A DNA stretch of 64,000 nucleotides from Thermoanaerobaculia bacterium (GTDB lineage: Bacteria; Acidobacteriota; Thermoanaerobaculia; UBA5066): the NCBI GenBank assembly GCA_038245905.1, contig JBBRRY010000020.1, positions 1 to 64,000 on the forward strand, in the 5' to 3' direction. Below the pieces are notes generated by a model. It worked only from the letters and a program-made list of their open reading frames with translations. It was not told where the DNA came from and did not search any database. The translations under genes and the position numbers were made by a program. This document shows positions 29,965 through 40,322 of this stretch, piece by piece. Numbering within the stretch: position 1 is the stretch's first letter; each line of letters begins with the position of its first letter.

Positions 29965-31341
29965 TCAGGCCCGGCGGCGCTCGTGTCTGGCTGGGAGACC
30001 GAGACCTCCCGAGAGGACTCCGAGGCACGCCCGCACTCGATCGAGGAGACCCTTCTCGATGTCCCCCCGGTCGAGACACGACGCGAGCTCTTCCCAGGCC
30101 GGCACGCCCGCGAGAGTCTCGACCGTCACGAAGGACCGCAGCTCCTCGAGGCGCCGGAGGAGCTCATGCGTTCGGGAGAGCCGGCCGAGGCACTCGGCGG
30201 CATAGAGGCGTGTGAAGACCCGGTCCTCCTCGAGATTCATCCGATCCGCCTCGGCTGCCAGCGTGTCGAACGCCGCGAGCGCCCGGGTCGTCTCACCTCG
30301 CAGGAGGTCCAGTTCGGCGAGGCCGATCCGGACCGCGAAGACGAGATTCCCCAGGTCGTGGCGGCGTGCGTCCGCGAGCGCCTGGGCGAAGACGGCCCTC
30401 GACCGGTCGTAAGCACCGACGAGGGCCAACGCCCTGCCGAGGTTGATCTCGGCCGCGGTTCGGACATGGGCGTCATCCGGTCCGTGGAGCCCCTCTATCG
30501 TGCTCTCGAGGAAAGGAATGGCGCGGGCGGGGTTCCCGCGCTGGATGTAGACCCCCGCGAGCGCCCCTTGGGCGCGGGCGGTCCAAGTCTCCTGTTCGTA
30601 CGACGCGAAGATCCGCGCGGCGAGCTTGAGCTCGCGCTCCGCGAACGCGAAGTCGGCCTGGAACCCGGCCGCGGATCCCTCGAAGTACGCGCAGACCGCC
30701 CGGTCGAACGGCTCGTCTCCGCAGGAGGCGAACGCGACGCGGGCGGCGTGGGCGGCCGCGCGCGCTTCGGCGAGCCGGCCGATGTTGAGGAGTGCCTGCG
30801 ACGCGAGAATCGAGGCCTCCGCCGCGAGGCGATTCGCGGGGACGAAGCCGGACGCGGGCAGGGTTTCCGCGCGCGCCGCGAGGGCGCGTGCGAGCGCAAG
30901 GGCGCGATGGGGCTCGGCCGCCGCCAGGCGCGCGGCGGTCTGCGCGGCGTACAGAAGGCCGAGCCGCCCGGCGTCGGAGTCGCCCGTCTCGGCCAACCGC
31001 GCGGCGAGGGCGTCGTCCGAAGCACGGGCGGATTCCACGATCCGTCGCGCCGTTTGATCCGCTGCCTCCGCAGCCACCGACAGGGTTTGAAGACGGTCGG
31101 TTCGCGCGGACGTCCCTCCAGGCCGCTCGTCCGTCGCGGAGGAGGAGAGGAAGTCGTCGAGGGCGGACGCGGTCTCGATTCCGCCGACGAGGCGTGCGAG
31201 CGCCGCCTGTCGGCGCGTGCAGACGCGGCAGACCGCCACGTGAAGGGCAGCCGCGGCGGCACCCAGCTCGTTCCGGCCCATCTCGAGGCCGAGAAGGTCC
31301 GCTTCGGCAGGGTGCGGGGTCGGACCGTTCAACCGAGACAT
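29965..31341 (-). CDS. putative zinc-binding anti-sigma (HxxxCxxC) fused to TPR-like repeats
   Basis: N-terminal HPAEADLL...LHVAVCRVC; helical TPR-like remainder; no TM; overlaps the sigma gene end by 13 nt. Confidence 0.7.
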   Translation of the reverse strand: MSRLNGPTPHPAEADLLGLEMGRNELGAAAAALHVAVCRVCTRRQAALARLVGGIETASALDDFLSSSATDERPGGTSARTDRLQTLSVAAEAADQTARRIVESARASDDALAARLAETGDSDAGRLGLLYAAQTAARLAAAEPHRALALARALAARAETLPASGFVPANRLAAEASILASQALLNIGRLAEARAAAHAARVAFASCGDEPFDRAVCAYFEGSAAGFQADFAFAERELKLAARIFASYEQETWTARAQGALAGVYIQRGNPARAIPFLESTIEGLHGPDDAHVRTAAEINLGRALALVGAYDRSRAVFAQALADARRHDLGNLVFAVRIGLAELDLLRGETTRALAAFDTLAAEADRMNLEEDRVFTRLYAAECLGRLSRTHELLRRLEELRSFVTVETLAGVPAWEELASCLDRGDIEKGLLDRVRACLGVLSGGLGLPARHERRRA

Positions 31342-31907
31342 CCGCGCATCCTTTTCATGCACTGATTGAGACGCTTCCAGACCGCCGGAACGGTGCACCC
31401 CGCGTCGGCCGCGGTCTCCGCGAGTGTCTGGCGCAAAACGCAGTAGGCGCGGATCAGTTGGCGACAGCCGGGTGTCAGGAGACGGAACGCCGAACGCACG
31501 TGCACGCCGTCGACGATCCGCCGGGCGGTGACCGCGTCGGGAAGATTCGGGTCGAGAGGCCCCTCGTTCCGGCGCTGGCCTTCTCGCTTCTCTAGCCGGT
31601 CGACGCATCGGTTGAAGAAGGCCCCGACGAGATAGCCCTCCATGTTGCGCACGCGCGGCCGCTTCGTGAAGACGGACTCGAACGTGTCCTGCAGGAGATC
31701 TTCGGCCTCGTCGCGGGTCATGCCGAATCGAGTGACTCCCGCGTGGAGAAGGCGCGGCCTGAGGTGACTGTCGAGAGACTCCCAGTCCCAGGTCTCGAGC
31801 AGGGGCGTGGGCGCGGCCGGAGAATCCGCGGGCACGGGTGCAACGCTCCGACTCACGTCCTCACCGAAGGATTCCGTTTCGGCCGATGAGGATCGTCCGC
31901 CGCTCAT
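31329..31907 (-). CDS. ECF RNA polymerase sigma factor
   Basis: Sigma2 AEDLLQDTF...YLVGAFFNRCVD; sigma4 L.PGCRQLI...TLAETA..G.TVPAVWKRL. Confidence 0.85.
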   Translation of the reverse strand: MSGGRSSSAETESFGEDVSRSVAPVPADSPAAPTPLLETWDWESLDSHLRPRLLHAGVTRFGMTRDEAEDLLQDTFESVFTKRPRVRNMEGYLVGAFFNRCVDRLEKREGQRRNEGPLDPNLPDAVTARRIVDGVHVRSAFRLLTPGCRQLIRAYCVLRQTLAETAADAGCTVPAVWKRLNQCMKRMRGCLG

Positions 31908-31974
31908 CTATTCTCTTCCTTTGGAACGAAGCGTACTCCAAGGGACGGGCACTCGGCCACGAGAGAGCTTCCGG

Positions 31975-33084
31975 CTACGCCGGCGTCACGATGCGCTGGA
32001 CGAACCAGAAGAGGCCGACCGCCGCGATCAGGAGGGAACCGGGGACGACGACGCGGCGGCGGTACCAGGGCCGATCCCGGAACGGCAGCGCGAGGACGGC
32101 GAATGCCGCGAGAATCACCACGAGCTGGCCGCCTTCGACGCCGGCATTGAACGAAAGGAGGGCGGCCGGGATCTCGGGGCGTGGAAGACCGGCCTGCCGC
32201 AGCGCTCCCGCGAAGCCCAGCCCGTGGAGGAGGCCGAACGCGAACACCACGGCCGGCCGCCACGGCGTGAGCCGCCGCGTCGCGACGTTCTCCACGGCGA
32301 CGTACACGATCGAGAGCGCGATGAGCGGCTCGACGATGCGCGGGGAGAGAGAGACGAAGCCGAGCGCCGCGAGCGCGAGCGCAAGCGTGTGGGCGGCGGT
32401 GAACGAAGTCACCTGCACGAGAAGGGGCTTCAGCCGCGGCGACAGGAGGAAGAGGCCGAGCACGAAGAGAATGTGGTCGGTCCCGTCAGGAAGGATGTGC
32501 CGGAAGCCCATGACGAAGTAGCCGCGCACGACGGCGGCCCGGCTCTCCGGCACGACGCGTGCCCCGAGCGGGAACGGGCGGCTCGTCTCGCCGCCCTTCA
32601 GCCACTGCCGCATCGGCTCGTCCATCCCTGGCGCCGCGAGGCGGAGAACGACCGTGCCCACGTCGAGCCCGCTCGAGAACGTGAAGGTCTTGGAACCGGT
32701 CGGGACCGTGCCGGCCAGACGCAGGGTGGGCGCGGAATCGGCGTCTCCTTCGGCCACGAGCGTCGCGGACTCGGGCCGGACGCGGCGGCCATCGAACGAC
32801 AGAGAGGACCGCTCGAGGAACGCGCGGACGAAAGGGCCGAAACGCGTCTCGAGGCCAGGCGTCAATCCCATGACGCGCGCCCCCTCCAGGGAAGCGGCCG
32901 CCGGAGCGGGTGGCAGGTGCTCGGCGTCGAGGATCACGTCCAGCCGGAACGTCGCGTCGCTACCGAACGTGATGCCGGCCGCGACCATGACTTCCTGATG
33001 CGCGGACGCCCGCTGCGCGGCGGCAACTGCCACCGCGAGGAAAAGAACCCGCAGGATCGCCCCGCTCGCCGACCGCGCACCCAT
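31975..33084 (-). CDS. HupE/UreJ family membrane protein
   Basis: GF.HILP.G.DHILFVLGL, FTAAHTL, FGLLHGLGFAG, FNAGVEGGQL; signal peptide ending in AH. Confidence 0.9.
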   Translation of the reverse strand: MGARSASGAILRVLFLAVAVAAAQRASAHQEVMVAAGITFGSDATFRLDVILDAEHLPPAPAAASLEGARVMGLTPGLETRFGPFVRAFLERSSLSFDGRRVRPESATLVAEGDADSAPTLRLAGTVPTGSKTFTFSSGLDVGTVVLRLAAPGMDEPMRQWLKGGETSRPFPLGARVVPESRAAVVRGYFVMGFRHILPDGTDHILFVLGLFLLSPRLKPLLVQVTSFTAAHTLALALAALGFVSLSPRIVEPLIALSIVYVAVENVATRRLTPWRPAVVFAFGLLHGLGFAGALRQAGLPRPEIPAALLSFNAGVEGGQLVVILAAFAVLALPFRDRPWYRRRVVVPGSLLIAAVGLFWFVQRIVTPA

Positions 33085-33131
33085 CTGTCGAGTCTACGAG
33101 CGCTGGGGCGCCGCCGGACGCGCGCGGAGAG

Positions 33132-33467
33132 CTAACGTTCGATTTCGACGTCGGGGTCGACCTTGATCTCGTGTCTCCCGATCGCGAGAAGGACGCTGTA
33201 CAAGAACTTCTTGCCGACCGGGACGTCGGCGCGCACGGCGGTCGAGAGCGCCTGCCCGTGGGCCAGTGTGGAAACGCGCTCGTTCGTGAACGGAGAGCCG
33301 GTCTTCCTCTTGAAATCGATCGCGACCTTCGCGTCCCTCACGATCGTGATCCACCGCACGAGATGGCCCCGTTTGACCTTGATCGACTCGGGCTCGACCC
33401 GAAGCGATCCGTCCGGCCGGAGAGAGATGCAGACGATCCGTTCTTTTTTCGGTCTTCTCTTCGCCAT
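33132..33467 (-). CDS. small basic hypothetical protein ending VDPDVEI (kinase partner copy 2)
   Basis: 111-aa ORF with AAGGAGG SD, 25 nt after the kinase stop; homologous to 19354..19746. Confidence 0.82.
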   Translation of the reverse strand: MAKRRPKKERIVCISLRPDGSLRVEPESIKVKRGHLVRWITIVRDAKVAIDFKRKTGSPFTNERVSTLAHGQALSTAVRADVPVGKKFLYSVLLAIGRHEIKVDPDVEIER

Positions 33468-33492
33468 GGTGGCCTCCTTTTGCCGTGTCGCG

Positions 33493-36069
33493 TCACCTCG
33501 TCGCAGGCGTCGGCGCGATCAGTGACTGGAATTCGGAATTGTCCTTCAAGTCCGCGAATTCCGGATCGCGGGCGATCTGCGTCGTGCCCATGCCCCTCGC
33601 GACGGCCTTCCGGAGGAGGGCAAGCGCTTCCGCCTTTCTTCCGAGGACGTTCTCGACGATCGCGGCGCGGAAGAGAACGGTGTGGTTTTCGGGTTGCAGC
33701 GCGAGGGCCTTCTCGACCGAGCTCCGGGCCGCCTCCCGGCGATCCGTCCGGACCTCCGCCTTCGCGACGAGCGCCAGCGTCGCAGCGTCGAGCGGATGGA
33801 CGGTGCGCTCGGTGTCGGCGAGCTCGAGGGCCTTGTCGTACGACGCGCGCGCCTTCTCCTCGAGGCGGGGTGCGAGGCGATAGGCGTCTCCCGCGCTGAC
33901 GCGGTAGCGGAGATCGCGCGGCACGAGGGCGATCGCCTGTTCGAAGGCGAGCGCCGCCTCCGGAAACCGGCCGAGCAGGTACTCGCACGTGCCGAGGTTC
34001 GACCAGGCGCCCGCGGTGGGAGAAAGAGCGAGCGAATGGCGGAGCGCCGAGCCGGCCTCCTCGAGCCGTCCGAGCCGGAGCAGCGTTCCTCCCATGTTGC
34101 TGAGGACGCGCGGGACTCCGGGGTTCTTCAGGTCGGCCTGTCGAAACTCCTCGAGAGCGCTGGCGAGATCCCCGCGCCCGAAGAACAACGCCCCTAGCTT
34201 GTTGTATCCGGCCCAGTAGCCCGCATTGAGCGTCACGGCCCGACGGTAGGTCGCTTCGGCCTCGGCGGCGTCGCCCGCGTCGAGAAGCGCGTCGCCAAGC
34301 GCGAGGAGGCCGTCGGCGGACGGGGCCTGCCTCTCGATCGCGCGCCGGATCTCGACGACAGCCTCCTTCGGCTTGCCCATCATCGCGAGGAGCTGTCCCG
34401 ACGCGAGATGGGCCTCGGGCGATCCGTCATCCAGAGTGATCGCGCGTTGGACCGCCGCACGGGCTGCTTCCGCGGCCGCGGGATCCTTCGTGGAACGGTA
34501 GCGCTCGATCCATGCCCGCCCGAGAGCGGCCTGCACGAGCGGCGAACGTTCACCCCCGCCGATGCTATTCAAGAGGTCGATCGCCGCGAGCAGCGAGCGC
34601 GGGTCGTCGTATCTGCGGAGGAGCCCGAGCGCCTTGTAGTACGGCTCGCTCTCGGCGGGCCGTTGCTTCGCGGTCGCGCCCTTTCCTTCGCCCTCGAGGT
34701 GAACGCGGAGGGAGGCGACGACGCTGTCGACGAGGCGGTCCTCGAGTCCGAACTGATCCGTCGCGTTCCCCGCGATCTCGTCGGCTGCGAGGATTCCGGG
34801 AGAGCCCGCCGCGAGCACGTTGTAGGTGAGGCGAGTCTGACTCTCCTGGCGGCGAAGGGCGCCCGTGAGCACGAGGTTCGCGCCGTGGTCCTGGGCGAAG
34901 TGCGCGGGGTCGTCGCCAGCGGCCCCTCCGGCCGCCGCCATCACCATGAGCCCAGGCACCCGGAGCTTCGTGAGCCGCGCGCGGAAACTCTCGGTGAGGC
35001 CGTCGACGACGAGCTGCCCGTCGGGCCGCCCCGAGAGGTCCTTGAACGGCATGATCGCGAGGTACTTCTCTTTCGGCAGGGCGCCGTCGCCCGAGCGGGT
35101 GCGCAGCAGGAACGCCACGACGAGCGCCGCGATCACAGCGCCGCCGACGGCCGCCCAGCGGAGCGGACGGCGAGTCGCGGGGACGCGCGCAAGCGTCTGC
35201 ATCGTCGAATGGCTTGCGAACGCGCCGTCGAGCGCCGACGTCATGTCGCGCACGTCGCGCCACCTCCTGTCGACGCTCTTTTCGAGAAGTCCGCGCAGGA
35301 GGTCGCGGACGGGCGGCGGGGTCGTAGCGGGCAGGGCGTCCCAGTTCGGGTCACGGTCGAGAATCGCCACGAGGATGTCGGACAGCGTCTCGCCGTCGAA
35401 GGCCTTTCGGCCCGCGAGCATCTCGTAGAGAAGACAGCCGAACGACCAGAGGTCGCTCCGTGCGTCGAGCGGCAGCCCGCGCGCCTGCTCGGGGCTCATG
35501 TAGCTCGCCGTCCCGAGGATGAGACCCTGCCGCGTTCCGTCTGCCGCGGCCGTGGGTGACTGGGAGATTCCGGGCGAAGCGCGCTGGGCGGAGATGGCCT
35601 TCGCGAGGCCGAAGTCGAGGAGCTTGACCCGCCCATCCGGCGTCACCTTCACGTTCGCCGGCTTGAGGTCGCGGTGCAGGATGCCCTTCCCGTGCGCGGC
35701 CTCGAGCGCCTCCGCGACCTGGCGGGCGATCCCGAGCGCCTCGTTGACCGGAATCGGGCCGCGGGCGATGCGCTGCTTCAGCGTCTCGCCGGGGACGAGC
35801 TCGAGGCCGAGGAAGTGCGTGCCGCCGATCTCTTCGAAGCTGTAGATCGCCCCGATCCCGGGGTGATTGAGCGACGCGAGAACGTGGGCCTCCCGCGTGA
35901 ACCGCGAGAGGCGTTCGGCGTCCGCTGCGAAGGCTTCCGGGAGAACCTTCAGCGCGACTTCGCGCTGGAGGCGCGTATCGCGCGCCCGCCAGACCTCGCC
36001 CATGCCTCCCGCCCCGAGAGGACCGAGAATCTCGTACGCTCCGAGGCGCGAACCGGGTTCGACGGACAT
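33493..36069 (-). CDS. Ser/Thr kinase - TM - TolB-N-like - TPR protein
   Basis: [27 protein letters not shown]; TM; [16 protein letters not shown]; TPRs. Paralog of 19743..22355. Confidence 0.93.
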   Translation of the reverse strand: MSVEPGSRLGAYEILGPLGAGGMGEVWRARDTRLQREVALKVLPEAFAADAERLSRFTREAHVLASLNHPGIGAIYSFEEIGGTHFLGLELVPGETLKQRIARGPIPVNEALGIARQVAEALEAAHGKGILHRDLKPANVKVTPDGRVKLLDFGLAKAISAQRASPGISQSPTAAADGTRQGLILGTASYMSPEQARGLPLDARSDLWSFGCLLYEMLAGRKAFDGETLSDILVAILDRDPNWDALPATTPPPVRDLLRGLLEKSVDRRWRDVRDMTSALDGAFASHSTMQTLARVPATRRPLRWAAVGGAVIAALVVAFLLRTRSGDGALPKEKYLAIMPFKDLSGRPDGQLVVDGLTESFRARLTKLRVPGLMVMAAAGGAAGDDPAHFAQDHGANLVLTGALRRQESQTRLTYNVLAAGSPGILAADEIAGNATDQFGLEDRLVDSVVASLRVHLEGEGKGATAKQRPAESEPYYKALGLLRRYDDPRSLLAAIDLLNSIGGGERSPLVQAALGRAWIERYRSTKDPAAAEAARAAVQRAITLDDGSPEAHLASGQLLAMMGKPKEAVVEIRRAIERQAPSADGLLALGDALLDAGDAAEAEATYRRAVTLNAGYWAGYNKLGALFFGRGDLASALEEFRQADLKNPGVPRVLSNMGGTLLRLGRLEEAGSALRHSLALSPTAGAWSNLGTCEYLLGRFPEAALAFEQAIALVPRDLRYRVSAGDAYRLAPRLEEKARASYDKALELADTERTVHPLDAATLALVAKAEVRTDRREAARSSVEKALALQPENHTVLFRAAIVENVLGRKAEALALLRKAVARGMGTTQIARDPEFADLKDNSEFQSLIAPTPATR

Positions 36070-36103
36070 GGCGCTGTCCCCGATTATCTACAATTGCGAC
36101 CTC

Positions 36104-37558
36104 ATGCACATTTGCTGGACGCGCGCCGCTCTTTCCAGGCTCTTCGCTCTCGCTGCCCCCCTTTTCCTCGCGGCTCCTTGTCCGCACCCGGCACGGGGCG
36201 CCGGCGCGAGCGTGAATTCGTCTGCTCTCTGGGATGCCTGGCCGCACACGGTCGCCGTCTCGCCCTTCGCACTCAAGAACGAGGGAGTGCGCGCGGAGCT
36301 CGCCGCGCTCCTCGCGCGGCACGCGGGACTCTTCACGATCGCCGAGGAAGGCGTCTCGACGGAAGGCAGGAAGATTCCCCTCGTCATGGTCGGCAGCGGG
36401 CCTACGACGGTTCTCCTCTGGTCCCAGATGCACGGCGACGAGCCGACGGCGACGAGCGCGCTCCTCGACGTCCTCGAGCACCTGGGGCGGACGCGAAAGA
36501 CGCCGGAGACGGAACGTCTCCTGTCGCGCCTCACGCTCGCGATCATCCCGATGCTCAATCCGGACGGAGCGGAGAGGACGCGCCGCACGAACGCGCAGGG
36601 CATCGACATCAACCGCGACGCCCTGCGCCTCGTGACTCCGGAAGGCCGCTTTCTCAAGTCCGTCCGCGACCGGCTGAAGCCGTCGATCGGGTACAACCTC
36701 CACAACCACAGCCCGAGCGTCACGGCGGGAAAGCAGGGACCGCAGGTCGCGATCTCGGTCCTCGCCGTCCCGTATGACGAGGCCTTCACGGAGAACGAGG
36801 GCCGCATTGCGACGAAAAGGCTCGCGGTCCTCGTCCAGCGCCTCCTCGAGCCGTACGCGAAGGGCCGCGTCGCGCGCTACGACATGGACTACACGGCGCG
36901 CGCCTTCGGCGATTCGATGACGCGCTGGGGCACCGCGACGCTCCTCATCGAGTCGGGCGGTTTCTTCGGGTCCGACGAGGCGAATACGCTCGTGCGTCTG
37001 AATTTCGTGGCTCTTCTGGGGACGCTGCACGCGCTCGCGGACGGCTCCCTCGCGGCGGTGGACGCGAAGGCGTACGACGCGATCCCGCTCAACACGCGCG
37101 ACCGGCTGTTCGACCTCCTCCTCCGGAACGCGCGCGTCATCTCGGGGGCGGGCCTTCCGCCGTATCTCGCGGATGTCGGCATGAACCTCCCGCCCGCGCG
37201 CGCGAGTTTCGCGGGGTCGTCGGGACGCGAGAGTCGCGGCGGCGTGTTCGAGGTGGGCGACCTGTCGGACTTCCTCGGGAAAAGAGAGATCGATCTGACG
37301 GGCCGGCTGCTCGCCGTGGCACCGCCGGGTGGCGAGGAGGGCTGGAAGCGGACGCTCGCCGGGCTCGTGTCCCGGGGACGCGCCACGGCCGCGGGCGTGC
37401 TCACTCTTTCCGAGGCCGACCTCGCTGCGGAGGCGAAGGCCTGGATCGGGAACGCCCCCTCGCTCGCGCCCGGCTACGGCGGGGACTTCCTCGTCCTTCA
37501 GCCCGAGGGCGAAGGCCGCTTTCGTCTCGAGCGCCGGATCTCGCCGGTCGAGCCCTGA
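36104..37558 (+). CDS. M14 zinc carboxypeptidase family protein
   Basis: SQMHGDE (HxxE), PMLNPDG, DINRD, NLHN, LIESG. Confidence 0.9.
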   Translation: MHICWTRAALSRLFALAAPLFLAAPCPHPARGAGASVNSSALWDAWPHTVAVSPFALKNEGVRAELAALLARHAGLFTIAEEGVSTEGRKIPLVMVGSGPTTVLLWSQMHGDEPTATSALLDVLEHLGRTRKTPETERLLSRLTLAIIPMLNPDGAERTRRTNAQGIDINRDALRLVTPEGRFLKSVRDRLKPSIGYNLHNHSPSVTAGKQGPQVAISVLAVPYDEAFTENEGRIATKRLAVLVQRLLEPYAKGRVARYDMDYTARAFGDSMTRWGTATLLIESGGFFGSDEANTLVRLNFVALLGTLHALADGSLAAVDAKAYDAIPLNTRDRLFDLLLRNARVISGAGLPPYLADVGMNLPPARASFAGSSGRESRGGVFEVGDLSDFLGKREIDLTGRLLAVAPPGGEEGWKRTLAGLVSRGRATAAGVLTLSEADLAAEAKAWIGNAPSLAPGYGGDFLVLQPEGEGRFRLERRISPVEP

Positions 37559-37562
37559 GGCC

Positions 37563-38663
37563 TCAGGCGAACGCGCCGAGGACGTCGCGCACGTACGCGG
37601 GACGCCGCATCCCGACGAGGGCGACGTCGACGCCCGGGGTCGCGAGGAGCGCGCGAAGCGTGCGCTGGGTGAGCGTGGCGCCGGCGTTCGCCTCCGCGCC
37701 CGCGTCGCCCTCGAACTCCGCCTCGAGATACGACGTGAGGGGCCTCATCCGCTCCGCGTCCCAATCCGCGGCGTGTCCGATCTCGCGAAGAACGTCGGGT
37801 GCGAGCGCCGCGAACCGCGTCAGGCCGCGCTCGGAGAACGCATTCAGAGGGCGGTTCACGAGGACGCCGAGGCCCGCGCTCTTCGCCACGTCGAGGACGC
37901 TTCGGCCGTCTGCAGTGTGAAGGGGCTGCTTCGCCCCGATTTCGAGCGGGTTGAAGGGGAGTTGAACGACCGCGAAGCCGGGTCCGGCCGAAGAGAGGAC
38001 GCGGTCGAGCGAGACGGCGTCCTCCTTTTCGTGAGGCACGACAAAAGTATTAGAGGACACGCCGTACGCGCCGATGCGACCGTCGACCATTTCGGACTCG
38101 AGGTGACGGAAGGCCCGGGCCAGCCTGTCGTAGAACGCCTCTCGCGCTTCGCCTGGCGGCACGCCCCGGTGGGCCGCGTCCATCAGAAAGTACTCGGGGT
38201 TATGGAGCAGGAGCACATCGACCTTTAGCATGGCAAGGCGTTCGAGGGAGGCCGTGAGCTGGTCGCGGAGGAAGTCGGGCGAGATGCAGTGCCAGCAATC
38301 GGGCGCGTACTCGGTCATCTCGCTCCACGGAGTGCCGGCGCGGGCTCGTCGCAAGGCCTCACGCTGGTTCGAGCCCTGGACGTAGCCCGCTTTCGTCACG
38401 AGGACGAGGTCCTCGCGCCGCGCGGATCCGCGCGCGACGACGTCGCGCACGACTTCGCCGACGAGGATCTCGCTGTGGCCGTCCGCGTAGTTCGTGGAGG
38501 TGTCGACGAGCGAGACCCCCGCGACGAGCGCCTCGCGGAGGGCCTCGCGGTGGACGTCGATCCGGTCGTCCACACGGTACGCGCCGAAGCCCACTCTCGA
38601 GACGCGGGAGTGGATCCTGCCGAGCGGCCCGTAGGCGGAGGCGGGAAGGCGGCGAACGGTCAT
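37563..38663 (-). CDS. aldo/keto reductase
   Basis: VSRVGFGAYR, DTSTNYADGHSE, TKAGY, SLERL...D.LLLHNPE, GVSSN, NRPLNA. Confidence 0.9.
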   Translation of the reverse strand: MTVRRLPASAYGPLGRIHSRVSRVGFGAYRVDDRIDVHREALREALVAGVSLVDTSTNYADGHSEILVGEVVRDVVARGSARREDLVLVTKAGYVQGSNQREALRRARAGTPWSEMTEYAPDCWHCISPDFLRDQLTASLERLAMLKVDVLLLHNPEYFLMDAAHRGVPPGEAREAFYDRLARAFRHLESEMVDGRIGAYGVSSNTFVVPHEKEDAVSLDRVLSSAGPGFAVVQLPFNPLEIGAKQPLHTADGRSVLDVAKSAGLGVLVNRPLNAFSERGLTRFAALAPDVLREIGHAADWDAERMRPLTSYLEAEFEGDAGAEANAGATLTQRTLRALLATPGVDVALVGMRRPAYVRDVLGAFA

Positions 38664-38668
38664 GTGCG

Positions 38669-39823
38669 ATGTTAGGCTCGTCCGTGTCCCGTCGCGCTGG
38701 GCTTTCTCCGCCGGAGCGAATCCGCTACGCGCGGCATCTCGCGCTGCCCGAGGTCGGGGAGGAAGGCCAGGAGAGGCTCAAGGCCGCGCGGGTTCTCGTC
38801 GTGGGTGCGGGTGGCCTCGGCTCTCCCGTCGCGCTGTATCTCGCGGCCGCGGGGGTGGGCACGCTCGGCCTCGTCGATTTCGACGCGGTCGACGTCACGA
38901 ACCTTCAGCGCCAGATCCTGTACGGCACCGGAGACGTGGGGCGGCCGAAGCTCGAGGCGGCGGCCGCGCGTCTTTCGGACCTGAATCCCGCGGTCCGGAT
39001 AGTCCCACACGCTCTTTGGCTCTCCCCGGAGAACGCGCTGGACGTTCTCGCCGGGTACGACGTCGTGGCGGACGGGACGGACAATTTTCCGGCGCGCTAT
39101 CTCGTGAACGACGCCTGCGTCCTCCTCGGCAAGCCGAACGTCTACGCCTCGGTGTCCCGCTTCGACGGGCAGGCCTCCGTATTCTGGGCGGCGAGGGGCC
39201 CGTGCTACCGGTGCCTCTTCGAGGAGCCTCCGCCCGCGGATCTCGTGCCGTCCTGCGCCGAAGGCGGCGTTCTCGGCGTGCTCCCCGGCCTGCTCGGGAC
39301 GATCCAGGCGACGGAAGTCCTCAAGCTCCTCCTCGGGGTCGGCGAACCGCTGGTCGGCCGCCTCCTCCTCGTGGACGCGCTTCGCATGGAGATGCGGACG
39401 ATCTCGACCGAGAAGAATCCCGCATGCGCGATCTGCGGCCTGCGACCGACTCTGACGCACCTCGTCGACACGGAAGCATTCTGTGCCGGGCGCCCCGCTG
39501 CGGCCATCGCGGAAACCTTGCCGGCGGCGCTCGCGGAGCGGCTCGCCTCGGGTAATGCGCCGTTTCTCCTCGACGTCCGAGAGCCGTTCGAGGTCCCGGC
39601 GCGCTCGCTCGCGGCGGCCGTGAACATTCCGCTCGCGGGACTGCCCTCCCGCCTCGACGAGGTCCCGCGCGGCCGCGACGTCCTCGTCTACTGCGAATCC
39701 GGAATCCGGAGCGCCCGCGCGCTCGTGATTCTCGCGGCGGCGGGCCGTGGGCGTGTCTCGCACCTCACGGGTGGAATCGCGCGCTGGATACGCGAGGGGC
39801 GCCCCGTGGTCAGCTCCTGGTGA
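38669..39823 (+). CDS. moeB: MoeB/MoeZ-type sulfur-carrier adenylyltransferase with rhodanese domain
   Basis: RYARH, GAGGLG, NLQRQ, GTDNF, CYRC, SCAEGGVLG, CAIC; rhodanese DVRE...YCESGIRS. Confidence 0.92.
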   Translation: MLGSSVSRRAGLSPPERIRYARHLALPEVGEEGQERLKAARVLVVGAGGLGSPVALYLAAAGVGTLGLVDFDAVDVTNLQRQILYGTGDVGRPKLEAAAARLSDLNPAVRIVPHALWLSPENALDVLAGYDVVADGTDNFPARYLVNDACVLLGKPNVYASVSRFDGQASVFWAARGPCYRCLFEEPPPADLVPSCAEGGVLGVLPGLLGTIQATEVLKLLLGVGEPLVGRLLLVDALRMEMRTISTEKNPACAICGLRPTLTHLVDTEAFCAGRPAAAIAETLPAALAERLASGNAPFLLDVREPFEVPARSLAAAVNIPLAGLPSRLDEVPRGRDVLVYCESGIRSARALVILAAAGRGRVSHLTGGIARWIREGRPVVSSW

Positions 39824-40298
39824 TCGGCGGGGCCGCCGCGGCCCGCGCGCTGGCCTTCGCCGGAGCGCGGTCACAGTAGCGGGCCCAGATCGTCGCCGCA
39901 GCGAGGAGGAGGACACCCACCGTCGTCACGACGAAGACGGCGACCGGGCGCGCCTTGCGGACGGGCGGAATGGACAGGGACGAGATGAGGCGCTCCGCGC
40001 TCGTCGTCTCCTTCACCTCGACCTCGAAGAGAGCCTCGACTTCGCCGAAGCGCAGGGCTGCGCCGGGCGGCAGCGAAACCTCGGTGATACGCGCTCCGCC
40101 GAGAAACGTGCCGTTCGCGCTGCCGAGGTCGCGAAGGGACCAGCCGTTCTCCGTCTTCTCGAGGAGCGCGTGGCGGCGCGAGACCGACCGGCTCTCGAGG
40201 GGCACGTCACAGTCGGCATCGCGCCCCACGACCGCCTGCTGCTCGAACACAAGACGCCGCGCTTCGCCTTCCGCGCGGATGGTCAGCACACCCGGCAT
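39810..40298 (-). CDS. FHA domain protein with C-terminal TM
   Basis: VGR...SVSRRHA...DLGSANGT. Confidence 0.9.
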   Translation of the reverse strand: MPGVLTIRAEGEARRLVFEQQAVVGRDADCDVPLESRSVSRRHALLEKTENGWSLRDLGSANGTFLGGARITEVSLPPGAALRFGEVEALFEVEVKETTSAERLISSLSIPPVRKARPVAVFVVTTVGVLLLAAATIWARYCDRAPAKASARAAAAPPITRS

Positions 40299-40322
40299 GT
40301 TTCCTCTTCTCCCGGGCGAATC

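Noticed and set aside
37563-39823. MoeB plus neighbours as a ubiquitin-like or defence (CBASS/Bil-type) system
   Set aside because: It is an ordinary MoeZ architecture; no E2, JAB, ubiquitin-like or cyclase gene is adjacent.
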